NCBI GenBank assembly: GCA_002269645.1
Contig: NIVC01001801.1
Coordinates: forward strand, 1-41,222
Direction of reading: 5' to 3'
Origin: Macrostomum lignano
Taxonomy: Eukaryota
DNA: 41,222 nucleotides
Position numbers and translations under genes: made by a program. The notes below the pieces were generated by a model. It made no database searches and was not told the origin of the DNA. It saw only the letters and a list, made by a program, of their open reading frames with translations. This document shows positions 11,713 to 24,000 of this stretch, in pieces. Position 1 is the stretch's first letter, and each line of letters opens with the position of its first letter.

Positions 11713-12160
11713 GAGATTGGGTGTCCAGAAACGTTAAGTTTAAAATCCCGTAACGAAAAGCTCTGTGCACTGCTTAATTTCCGGTCCAATTCTGTACTTT
11801 TAGGAACCGCAGACGAAAATGTCAACACACAGTGGTCAGTGCAGTATTAGCAATATGTATTGATCAGATCCTAGCAAGTTTTGACGCAAATTTTTCCTCT
11901 AAAATCATGCGGCCCGGGGGCTGCAGCAAATCAATACGAATTGAGAATCCATGCCGCAGGGCCAAGCATTAATAAGCAGGGATCCCTAGACTCTTGCATC
12001 CGGTGTACTGCACTTGGGGGTTGTCGCACATCAATCAATTTCTTAGGGATTATATTTCTTGGGTAAAAAATATTCTGCAAAGAAAAGTTCCCATTTCTTC
12101 TTAAAAAGACTGCTGACAGCAATTATTTTGACCGAACTTTTTTGGCAGAGTAGAGCTTTG

Positions 12161-12985
12161 GACTGACTGACTGACTGACTGACTGACTGACTGACTGACT
12201 GACTGACTGACTGACTGACTGACTGACTGACTTGAGTGAGTGGGTGACTGACTGACTGACTGACTGACTGACTTGAGTGAGTGGGTGACTGACTGACTTG
12301 AGTGAGTGGGTGACTGACTGACTGACTGACTGACTGACTGACTGACTGACTTGAGTGAGTGGGTGACTGACTGACTGACTGACTGACTGACTGACTGACT
12401 GACTGACTGACTTGAGTGAGTGGGTGACTGACTGACTGACTGACTGACTGACTGACTGACTGACTGACTGACTGACTGACTGACTGACTGACTGACTTGA
12501 GTGAGTGGGTGACTGACTGACTGACTGACTGACTGACTGACTGACTGACTGACTTGAGTGAGTGGGTGACTGACTGACTGACTGACTGACTGACTGACTG
12601 ACTGACTGACTGACTGACTGACTGACTGACTTGAGTGAGTGGGTGACTGACTGACTGACTGACTGACTGACTGACTGACTGACTGACTTGAGTGAGTGGG
12701 TGACTGACTGACTGACTGACTGACTGACTGACTGACTGACTGACTGACTGACTGACTGACTGACTTGAGTGAGTGGGTGACTGACTGACTGACTGACTGA
12801 CTGACTGACTGACTGACTGACTGACTGACTGACTGACTGACTGACTTGAGTGAGTGGGTGACTGACTGACTGACTGACTGACTGACTGACTGACTGACTG
12901 ACTGACTGACTGACTGACTGACTGACTGACTGACTGACTGACTTGAGTGAGTGGGTGACTGACTGACTGACTGACTGACTGGCTG
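12161..12985. repeat. Compound (GACT)n microsatellite punctuated by TTGAGTGAGTGGGT
   Basis: Direct reading of the sequence; explains the SQSV ORFs. Confidence 0.98.
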
Positions 12986-13133
12986 ACTCCCAACCAATCG
13001 CCTACACAAAGCTGAGCCAATGAGCTCTAGCCTGAAAAAAGCATACTTAAAATAGCGCTTAGCAGTCTGTCTCTGTTTCTGCTTCTTCAATCCTTTTTTG
13101 CTTTCAACGACAAAAATTAAAATAAAAAGCACA

Positions 13134-16100
13134 ATGGTCCGAAGCGGCGACGATGGGCAGAGCGCTGCCACTGAACATTTTTCATGGATGATTCACGTCG
13201 GCAACAATTCCCCCTGCCACCGGCACCTGCAGGTAACTGGATTTGCACTGGGGACCTGGGAGGCTGGCCAGCAACTGACACTCTGGGAGGCTGGCCCAGC
13301 AACTGACACTCTGGGAGGCTGGCCCAGCAACTGACACTCTGGGAGGCTGCAACTGAACTGGGAGGCTGGAGCAACTGAGGATGGGAGGCTGGGGAGGATC
13401 TGGGAGGCTGGCCCAGCAACTGAGGATCTGGGAGGCTGGCCCAGCAACTGAGGATCTGGGAGGCTGGCCCAGCAACTGAGGATCTGGGAGGCTGGCCCAG
13501 CAACTGAGGATCTGGGAGGCTGGCCCAGCAACTGAGGATCTGGGAGGCTGGCCCAGAAACCGAGGATCTGGGAGTCGCAGAGAAAAACCGTGATATCCTT
13601 CATCGCCGAACCCGCAGAACCGGAAGCCATTCAGCATCAGGCCCATCATCGAGTTCCACCGCTGCCTAAACGGCACCGAAGCGCTCTCGTTAGATCAGCT
13701 GCTTCGGGAATCCCGCCATGAGCTGGACGCTGAGCTGCTCGCCCTGAGGCCCATCCTGGTCCTGTTTGTGTGCCTCATCGCACTGGGCGCCCTCGGCAAC
13801 GCGTTGATCATTGGCACGGTGCTGCGGAATCCCAAGATGCGAACCCCACCGAACCTGCTGGTGCTGAACCTGGCGCTATCGGACTTCATCCTGTGCTCGT
13901 TGACCCAGCCGTGCAACATCGGGCGGTTGCTGTTCTTCAACACTGCCTGGAGTAGCGGATTGGCTGCGTGCAAGATTGTCAACGCGTTGACCGGCTTGAA
14001 TATGTACGCGTCGACCTTTGCGGTGACAGCCATCGCCATCGACCGGTGCAGGGTGCGTTGACGGATTTTTTTTTGGGGGGGGGCACAGCCGGTTGAAGAC
14101 CAGCTGATGAGGGGTGAGGACACCACGGGTCATCGCTTCCGTTTGACGGCTCTTGAGATGAGAGGAGGCCACGGTGTGTTGAATAAATTATGAGAAGAGG
14201 CCTGGAGGGCAATTAGGGGACTGTTTCAGAGGCAGATCTTATTTAATGGTTAAAATTGCCTTATTTAAAAAATAATTCTTGCATGCTTTTTGCGTGATCT
14301 GAAAATGACTTGAGGTCTTCAAGCCTTTAAATTCTTTATTTCGTTCTATTGATTACGGATTTTTAAGGCAAGATTTGAAAAGAGGATTTTACTATTAATT
14401 CGCTCCCGAAAGTTAAATCATGTCTTAAAAACATTGATTCTCACTGATGCATGTGGCACTGATTCTCACTGATGCATGTGGCACTGATTCTCACTGATGC
14501 ATGTGGCACTGATTCTCACTGATTCTCACTGATTCTCACTGATGCTTGTGGCACTGATTCTCACTGATGCATGTGGCACTGATTCTCACTGATGCATGTG
14601 GCACTGATTCTCACTGATGCATGTGGCACTGATTCTCACTGACTGATTCTCACTGATGTGGCACTGATTCTCACTGATGCATGTGGCACTGATTCTCACT
14701 GACTGCATGTGGCACTGATTCTCACTGATTCTCACTGATTCTCACTGATGCTTGTGGCACTGATTCTCACTGATGCTTGTGGCACTGATTCTCACTGATG
14801 CATGTGGCACTGATTCTCACTGACTGATTCTCACTGATGTGGCACTGATTCTCACTGATGCATGTGGCACTGATTCTCACTGATGCTTGTGGCACTGATT
14901 CTCACTGATGCATGTGGCACTGATTCTCACTGATGCATGTGGCACTGATTCTCACTGATTCTCACTGATTCTCACTGATGCATGTGGCACTGATTCTCAC
15001 TGATGCATGTGGCACTGATTCTCACTGATTCTCACTGATTCTCACTGATGCTTGTGGCACTGATTCTCACTGATGCATGTGGCACTGATTCTCACTGATT
15101 CTCACTGATTCTCACTGATGCATGTGGCACTGATTCTCACTGATGCTTGTGGCACTGATTCTCACTGATGCATGTGGCACTGATTCTCACTGATTCTCAC
15201 TGATTCTCACTGATGCTTGTGGCACTGATTCTCACTGATGCATGTGGCACTGATTCTCACTGATTCTCACTGATTCTCACTGATGCTTGTGGCACTGATT
15301 CTCACTGATGCTTGTGGCACTGATTCTCACTGATGCATGTGGCACTGATTCTCACTGATGCATGTGGCACTGATTCTCACTGATGCATGTGGCACTGATT
15401 CTCACTGATGCTTGTGGCACTGATTCTCACTGATGCATGTGGCACTGATTCTCACTGATTCTCACTGATTCTCACTGATGCATGTGGCACTGATTCTCAC
15501 TGATGCTTGTGGCACTGATTCTCACTGATGCATGTGGCACTGATTCTCACTGATTCTCACTGATTCTCACTGATGCTTGTGGCACTGATTCTCACTGATG
15601 CATGTGGCACTGATTCTCACTGATTCTCACTGATTCTCACTGATGCTTGTGGCACTGATTCTCACTGATGCTTGTGGCACTGATTCTCACTGATGCATGT
15701 GGCACTGATTCTCACTGATGCATGTGGCACTGATTCTCACTGATGCATGTGGCACTGATTCTCACTGATGCTTGTGGCACTGATTCTCACTGATGCATGT
15801 GGCACTGATTCTCACTGATGCATGTGGCACTGATTCTCACTGATTCTCACTGATTCTCACTGATGCATGTGGCACTGATTCTCACTGATGCATGTGGCAC
15901 TGATTCTCACTGATTCTCACTGATTCTCACTGATGCTTGTGGCACTGATTCTCACTGATGCATGTGGCACTGATTCTCACTGATTCTCACTGATTCTCAC
16001 TGATGCATGTGGCACTGATTCTCACTGATGCTTGTGGCACTGATTCTCACTGATGCATGTGGCACTGATTCTCACTGATGCTTGTGGCACTGATTCTCAC

Positions 16101-17005
16101 TGATGCTTGTGGCACTGATTCTCACTGATTCAAATCGAGAGAAACCAACGCAATTCCCGCAGGCTGTCACCATGGCAACACCCAATCGAGCAGGCCTTGA
16201 CGCTCGCCGTACCCGCCTGGCCATCCCACTGACTTGGCTGATGGCCGGTCTGATGGCCAGCCCGCTGCTCTGGCTCGGTGCGCTCGTCCGCGATACAAGC
16301 GTAGCTCCAGCCGACAGCAGCAGCCGTGCCGAGGGCTTGGTCTGCACCGAGCGTTCGCTGAGCCACGCCGAGGCAGCCGCCAAAAAGCTGGCGTACAGCG
16401 CCGCCACAGTCGGGGTGCAGTACGCCTTGCCGCTGGCCATCCTGCTCGGCGTGTACAGACGCATCCGACGCCGGTTGCAATGCCGACTGACTCGGGGTCG
16501 ACTGGCTGAGCAACGTCGGCAGCGCAAAGCGAATCTGCTTTTAGTAGGCGTTGCTTTACTTTTCGGCATCTCTTGGCTGCCGTTGAACTGCATCAATCTG
16601 GTCACGGATGCCCGGCTGTGGCTGGCTAGACTGCAGCAGCAACAACAGCAACAGCAGCAACCGCACGCCATTTCCAGCTTCTTAGCCGAGGCGCAGTCAC
16701 TGAGCTCGGTTCGAGTGGACTTCTCCGCCCCGACCGTGCAGTCCGTCTGCCTGCTCTGCGTGCTTGCCAGCGCCTGCCTCAACCCGCTGCTCTACGGCCT
16801 GTTTAACGAGAACTTCCGGGCGGAGTTCCGGTCTCTGCTTAGCCGAAGTTCCGATTCGGCGACCGCGGCCCAGACCGCAGAAATGAGAATTCGAAGAGCT
16901 GGCGCGACATCGGAGCGGACGGGACTTCACCCGACCGACTTGGCAGTCTGTTCGGCTGGGGTGGTGACTGAGGGATTTGAGCAGCTGCTTGAGACTGAAC
17001 TTTAA
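13134..17005 (+). CDS. Neuropeptide Y/F (NPY/NPF/PrRP-type) receptor-like class A GPCR, 3 exons, 458 aa
   Basis: Exons 13134-13232 (ATG...CAG|GTAACT), 13618-14052 and 16163-17005 join in phase 0 with no indel. Motifs: LGALGN (TM1), NLALSD (TM2), CKIV...TAIAIDRCR (TM3), QYALP (TM5), LFGISWLPLNCINL (TM6), SACLNPLLYGLFNENFRAEF (TM7/H8). N-terminal NGT glycosylation site. Exon 1 is less certain than exons 2-3. Confidence 0.88.
13251..13575. repeat. 27-bp minisatellite (CTGGGAGGCTGGCCCAGCAACTGAGGAT-like) in receptor intron 1
   Basis: About 12 units fill most of the 385-bp intron. Confidence 0.95.
14447..16130. repeat. Composite satellite of 25-bp (GATGCWTGTGGCACTGATTCTCACT) and 10-bp (GATTCTCACT) units, with higher-order structure
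   Basis: Direct reading; 15061-15420 recurs identically at 15421-15780. Confidence 0.97.
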
Positions 17006-17654
17006 CCTTGAATGGCCGATTGTCTGCCTGCTTTGTGAATCCTGCTTGCTGTAAGAAGCTATAGCGTATTAGCGCGGCCTCTAGGGCAGAAACCTTTACG
17101 TCAAGCACTGAGCTCAGCTAAGGACTGCTTCACTAGCCGACCATTGGACTACATGTATATAATTCAGCCAGTGTTTTTAAGTGAAAAACGAATCGGCCAC
17201 ACAGCGCCGAAAAAATCTTTGCAGGCGCTAAATTGGTTCGATGGCGGTAAAGAGTTACTAAAGCAGCAAACATGCTCGAATGGCGCCAAACATGCTCCGA
17301 TGGCGCCAAAATGACCCTCTTTTGAACTCTTTGAGAGAGCAGTTCCCTCAAATTCCGAACTCTTACAAAATCCTTGCGTGACTGCCTGGTAGAGTGAGAG
17401 TAAACAGCAAAACGTCTCAAGTTTGCTTTATCAGAGCTGCTCTCTCCCCTCAGAGCACGTTTTGCTTCCCCAGTCTCTTCTCGAGTGCCATTCTCCCATG
17501 CTCTACTCGCTGCGGCCTATTTTTGAGCAGCCTTATTGCGTAAGCGACCGGCTGGTGAAGTTTTGATGCAATGTACTTTTAACTAAGCACACAGCTGCTC
17601 AAGGCATGATTCAGTACACTTCGGCTTGAGAACTTTCAATTAGCCGAATAACCA

Positions 17655-17676
17655 GAGAGAGAGAGAGGGAGAGAGA

Positions 17677-17722
<46 letters not shown>

Positions 17723-17906
17723 GAGAGAGAGAAAGAGAGAGAGAGAGGGAGAGAGAGGGAGAGAGAGGGGAGAGAGAGAGGAGAGAGAGAGGGAGAGAGA
17801 GAGAGAAAAAGAGAGAGAGAGAGAGGGAGAGAGAGAGGGGAGAGAGAGACAGAGAGAGAAAGAGAGAGAGAGATAGAGATGGAGAGAGAGGGAGAGAGAG
17901 AGAGAG
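17655..17906. repeat. Imperfect (GA)n microsatellite
   Basis: Direct reading; source of the ERERER ORF. Confidence 0.97.
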
Positions 17907-18227
17907 CAGATGTTTATTGTTATTTTGTCAATGTTATTCTTGGTGTTTATTCAGAAAGTTTATTCAGAAAATATCGACACGAAAGAAGCAAAAAGAAAGC
18001 ATTTAAAGGTCAATTAGAGGTCAGAGTGTGAGCGCAGTAACAATATATTAGCATATCGGATAGAAAAGCATGAAGTTGTCAAATAGACACAGGCAATATA
18101 TTTATGCACACTCAATGCTGTACACTGATATGCATGACAGAGAAGCAATACACAACTGTTATAAATACACTTTGAGCTGCCCCAGCTCATGCCCAAGCTG
18201 GGATTGCACATGCACACGGACACGAAC

Positions 18228-18470
18228 CCTGATTCCTAAACCCTGATTTCTAAACCCTGATTTCTAAACCCTGATTTCTAAACCCTAATTCCTAAACCAT
18301 GATTCCTAAACCCTGATTTCTAAACCCTGATTTCTAAACCCTGATTTCTAAACCCTAATCTCTAAGCCCTAATACCTAAACCCTAGTTTATAAACTCTAT
18401 TATATAAACCCTAATTTCTAAACTCTAATTCATAAACACTAATTTTTAGACACTAGAACTCTTTAAACTC
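18228..18470. repeat. 14-bp degenerate tandem repeat (AAACCCTRATTYCT)n
   Basis: About 17 units, decaying toward the right. Confidence 0.9.
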
Positions 18471-18855
18471 TAGAAGTTACAATTAAGCACTAGAAGACAT
18501 CTTCGCTATTGTAAAGTATACATGATATTGCATAAAATTTAAATAAAAATTTATACCACTCGATATGATAAAACACGCAAGTACACAAATGTACTTTTTA
18601 AAATTGAAATATAACCTTGCACAGATACAGTGAGCAAACTTATTTTTAGCTCTACAATTGACTAGAAAATTAATTTTGTGTAACAAAATTGAGTTCCATT
18701 GAATGCGAAAGCAAAGTAAGGATTTTGCACATTAAATGATGACATGTATAATAAGTCACAATATTTTTTTTAAATAAATACATTGCACATTATTTCTGAT
18801 CAAACAAATTAATATAACTATTTAATATAAAATGCAGCGTTGTTTAAAATTAAAG

Positions 18856-20004
18856 ACCAACAGTTGAGGGGAGAGTGACAACAGATAAGGGGGAGGGACT
18901 AACAGGTGAGGGGGGAGTGACCAACAGGTGAGGGGGGAGTGACCAACAGGTGAGGGGGAGTGACCAACAGGTGAGGGGGAGGGACTAACAGGTGAGGAGA
19001 TTGACCAACAGGTGAGGGGGGAGTGACCAACAGGTGAGGGGGAGGGACTAACAGGTGAGGGGGGAATGACCAACAGCTGAGGGGGGAGTGACCAACAGGT
19101 GAGGGGGAGGGACCAACAGGTGAGGGGGATGACCAACAGCTGAGGGGGGAGTGACCAACAGGTGAGGGGGAGGGACCAACAGGTGAGGGGGAGGGACCAA
19201 CAGGTGAGGGGGGAGTGACCAACAGCTGAGGGGGAGTGACCAACAGGTGAGGGGGAGTCACCAACAGGTGAGGGGGTGACCAACAGGTGAGGGGGAGGGA
19301 CCAACAGGTGAGGGGGGAGTGACCAACAGCTGAGGGGGGAGTGACCAACAGGTGAGGGGGGAGTGACCAACAGGTGAGGGGGGTGACCAACAGGTGAGGG
19401 GGAGGGACTAACAGGTGAGGGGAGAGTGACAACAGATAAGGGGGAGTGACCAACAGGTGAGGGGAGTGACAACAGATAAGGGGGAGTGACAACAGATAAG
19501 GGGGAGTGACCAACAGGTGAGGGGAGTGACAACAGATAAGGGGGAGTGACCAACAGGTGAGGGGAGTGACCAACAGGTGAGGGGGAGGGACCAACAGGTG
19601 AGGGGGGAATGACCAACAGCTGAGGGGGAGTGACCAACAGGTGAGGGGGGGACTAACAGGTGAGGGGGAGTGACCAACAGGTGAGGGGGGAGTGACCAAC
19701 AGGTGAGGGGGAGTGACCAACAGGTGAGGGGGGGACTAACAGGTGAGGAGATTGACCAACAGGTAAGGGGGGAGTGACCAACAGGTGAGGGGGGAATGAC
19801 CAACAGCTGAGGGGGAGTGACCAACAGGTGAGGGGGAGGGACTAACAGGTGAGGGGGAGGGACTAACAGGTGAGGGGGAGGGACTAACAGGTGAGGGGGG
19901 AGTGACCAGCAGCTGAGGGGGGAGTGACCAACAGGTGAGGGGGAGGGACTAACAGGTGAGGGGGGAGTGGCCAACAGGTATGAGGAGAGTGACCAACAGG
20001 TGAG
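18856..20004. repeat. G-rich ~21-22 bp minisatellite (GACCAACAGGTGAGGGGGAGT)n immediately 3' of the MLK stop codon
   Basis: About 50 variant units with G4-G6 tracts. Confidence 0.96.
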
Positions 20005-20015
20005 TGAGAGCCGAC

Positions 20016-21033
20016 TCAAACGCAGCTGTTTTTATCATCGTCGCCCTCGTCTGGATGCGTGGGCGTGTTGCCCACCGCGGAGCCGTAGCCGGTGGAATCT
20101 GACGGAGTCTGACGGATGACGAAGGACGGGGGCGGCGGGTCTTCATCATCTGGCGATGCTGGACAGTCTGGATCTTCAACGGCCGCCGCCACCGCTTCCG
20201 CAGAGGAAGTGGCTGGCGCAGCAGCAGCGGCAGCAGCAGCGGAGGCGGCCATTTCCGCTTGTCTCCGACGAACCAGCAGGTCGAGCTGGTAGGGCCGCTC
20301 CAGACTCTCTGCCGCTCCCGCGCTGCCGCAGCCAATTTCGCAGAGTTCCTCGTGTCCGCTGCCGCTGCTGCTCCGCTTCCGGCGGGGCGGCGGCCGAAGA
20401 TAAGTCGACCCAGCCTGCTCGGCATCAGTCTCGTCGTCGAAGGTCACGTGACGGGCCGGATGCTGCGGACGGTGGTGCGGATGCGACTCGGTGTCGCTGC
20501 TCTGCGCCCGGAACCGGCGGGGCAGCGAGGCGGAGCCGGACCTGACGGAGGCGGCGCGGACGCTCAGCAGGGCGGCAGCAGCGCCTGCAGAGTTGCCACC
20601 GGCCTCCGTCAGCACGCGTGGCGAATTCGTAGATTCTTCTTCGCCGCCTTCGCCACCGTCGCCGTCGCCGTCGAGTTCATCGACAGAGCTGATCGGCGGC
20701 CGAAGGTCGGCGGGCAGACAGGCCAGCCGGACGTCGGCGTGCAGCACCGGAGCGGCCAGCAGGACGGCCGGGGCGGCCCAGGCTGGCAGGCGGCCGCGGG
20801 CGGCCGGGCGACGGGCGAGGGCTTCGCGAAGGCGGGACAGCAGCGACTGGTGCGGCCTCCTGATTGATGGGGCGGCGCCGCTGTCTGAGGGAGTGCGAGG
20901 GGGGCGGGCGGGCAATTTTTTAGTTTTTTAGCGGCTCTTTTTACTCAAGCCACTCAGATGCAGGTGTCCAGCACCTTAGGAAGGTTTCGGCATTTGACGC
21001 TCTCTGACTCCATAGGCTTCTGTGTTTCTGTCA

Positions 21034-21076
<43 letters not shown>

Positions 21077-24000
21077 AGCCAGCCCCTCATTCCTGCTTAG
21101 GCTAAAATTCGTTTACAGTTATTCACACACTGAAATTTCTAAAAGCCAGTGGACTATTATCGAGCGCATTTTCAGCAATTAAAAAAATCCTGACAGGGAG
21201 ATTATTCCTACAATAAATGGAAAATAAAAATGGCAGATGGGGGCACGAAATTTTCCTAATATCAGGGAAATGGAGTTAATCCAGGGATTTTCATTTCGAT
21301 ATATAAGATAATAAAAAAGCAGATCCGGAAATCTACAAATTTTTTTTCGACTTACAAGGCGAAATGAATCAGGTTACATTGACTAGCTGCAACTCTTAGA
21401 TTGACATATATAAGATACACCTAAGCGAATGCTGCACAACCCATACTCACAGACTCACCATAAGCTTGCGATATGGTGATAAGCAATAAGGAAATTTAAC
21501 AAATTCTTAGCACCAGAAGAAATTATATTTAAAAGGAATTCAGTTGGACACAGGCAAAAATCTGATTAGTTTTATGTAACTTTTTTGTATTACAAAACAA
21601 CAGACAAAGCAGAGAGAAAAGCACGGTAAAAATACTATCGGCATATGCTATGTGAACAACATTAATTTGTAGCTAGATTTTCATTTGGCATTTTTAGTAT
21701 ATGGAGATAAGACACGAAAATTTGAAATTTGAAAAGCATGCTTATTGTGTTGGTTTATATTTATAAATTAATAACTATAAAGCACTAACTTAAAGCTGTG
21801 ATTAATAGATTATTTGGCTTTTACAAATGTTTCTTATACATTCAGTGCCTTAATTACAAGCGATTGTGTACATCCATAGCGCACATACAGCAAAGGCCAA
21901 TCCTGGCGGCATCTACATTGCTTCTATTTATAGACTTGCGCTTTCAGTTACCCCTCTCAAGCACAAGCCCGGCATGTACATTGTTTCTATTTATAGACTA
22001 GCGCTTTCAATTCGCTCTACCCCTCTCAAGTACAAGCCCGGCATGTACATTGCTTCTATTTATAGACTAGCGCTTCTCCTCTACCCCTTTCAAGCATTAG
22101 CGCGGCATGTACATTGTTTCTATTTATAGACTAGCGCTTTCTAGCCTTGACTGTTTTTATAAAAAGCGGACTTTAAAGAGTAATGAAATTTACTATCTAA
22201 CCAGTTGACTGTCTTCAAAGGCACAATTACCAAGATAAGAGAAATAGCAGGCTGGGCAAAGGCCAGCGTCTGGTGTGGCGGGCACAGAAGCTGCGCCCCT
22301 GCCGCCGCCGCTAGGACCGCCTGAGACTCGACGGCCACTGCGGCGGCTACCGCTAGAAGATGCTGCAGCAGCAGCAGCAGCAGTGGCGGCGTGGCCTGAA
22401 CACAATGGCAAAGCTAGACCTGGTGTTGCCGCTTTTTCCACTGGAGCAGAGGCTAACGCAGAGTTTGTAACGCGGCAATATTTAACACAAAATTGACAAA
22501 AACTGCTGTACTTTAATTGAAAAAATATCGCAATTAAGAATGTTTAATGAAAATAAACTGAGATGCCAAACACAAAAACTAATTAATAACTCAATCTCAC
22601 TTTCACATTGAACTGAATAGCATAGCATAGAAAACGGTATATAGGGTTTGAGAAATAGGCATTGATAGTGTGAACGACTGTTCCTAAGCCTGATTCAGTT
22701 AGTAATTAGAATAGATTCTCGGTGAGCTAAATGGGCACATTTAAGGCACATTTAATTGGGGTCACTGGCCAACGACATTTTTTTTCAAAAGGGCAAGACT
22801 TTCTCAGCTGATTTCAGATCATTTTGAGGCGCTGAATCCAAAAATCACCTTCATTTTGCTCAATCAGGTCAAGTTTTTTTGGCAAATTTGAATTTCTGAA
22901 ATAATAATGATGCAGGAATCTGCAAGTTTAAAATGCCTTTTTACTAGTATTCAATGCACAAAGGGATGTTTAGGAGGCAAATAATGGCGGTCAAAGCCTA
23001 TAAAAGCAGGCACTTGTGATCGCCAAATAATTCTATAATTATCACCACTGTGCGCGCTGGCTACCCTCACATTGAATTTGGAACAATGGCATCGGCTAGG
23101 CGAGCATGTAGGAACGAAACTCATTCTGCTACATTTGTGGCGAGTACAACCTCAAGATGTTACAGATTGAATTCTGTAACACCATTCATTAAGCGTACCT
23201 ATATGTCATACTTTGGGATGCAGCTTGCAGACCAGGACAAGCGATGGCCCCCCATGTTGTCTGAAAGAGCTGCACAGATGCACTTCGCTTGTGGACCAAA
23301 GGCAAGAGCAGAGGCATGAAGTTCGGCATCCCGATGTTGTGGAGAGAACCATCAAATCACATCAGCGACTGCTATTTTTGCGCCATCAACCTGAACGGTA
23401 TAAATCGCAACAATTGGCATAACTCTCACATACCCTGACCTTGAAACAGCGCGTCGGCCAGTCCTCCACTGTGAGGAAATTCTTGTACCTGCGTATGCTG
23501 GGCTGCAAGACATCAGCGACGGCGAAGATGACATGGAATGCAACACCGGGGATGCAATCGCTTATGATGATGCCTACTTGCCTTCTGACGAGAGCTGTGC
23601 TCCTCAGACTTTCTCGCAAGAAGAGCTGAATGACTTGGTGCGCGATCTGCATCTTTCCAAGCAAGCCAGCAAGCTACTGGCTTCCAGGCTGAAGTCGAAG
23701 AACTTTCTCGGTGAAGATGCAACAGGCACGGCCCATTAATGAAGTACTTCGCGCAGGAGAAAGACTATGTTCTGCAAAAAAATTGCCTACCACGACCACC
23801 AACGGGTAATTTGCGTTGATCTGAAGATGGTAAATTTTCTGCAAGGCCAGCAATCAGGCTACACCAAGTTTCCCTGTTTCTTGTGCATGTGGGACAGCCG
23901 TGCAAAGCAGAAGCACTACATTCAGAAGGAATGGCCTGTCAGAGAGCATCTGGAGCCTTGCAAAGAACGTGATCCACGAGCCATTGGTCAATCGCGACAA

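Noticed and set aside
11303-13171. Long ORFs (THSL, SQSV repeats), likewise those at 6813-7332, 17678-18031, 18822-20019, 29127-30758, 31476-32023 and 37387-37761
   Set aside because: These are translations of stop-free micro- or minisatellites with no domain content.
20156-20931. Plus-strand GC-rich ORFs overlapping exons (also 1653-2045, 26495-27046, 27560-27982, 38519-39112)
   Set aside because: They are antisense or shadow frames of GC-rich exons of genes already assigned.
21907-22140. CRISPR-like repeat-spacer pattern
   Set aside because: The spacers are homologous to one another, the context is eukaryotic, and there are no cas genes; it is an ordinary tandem repeat.
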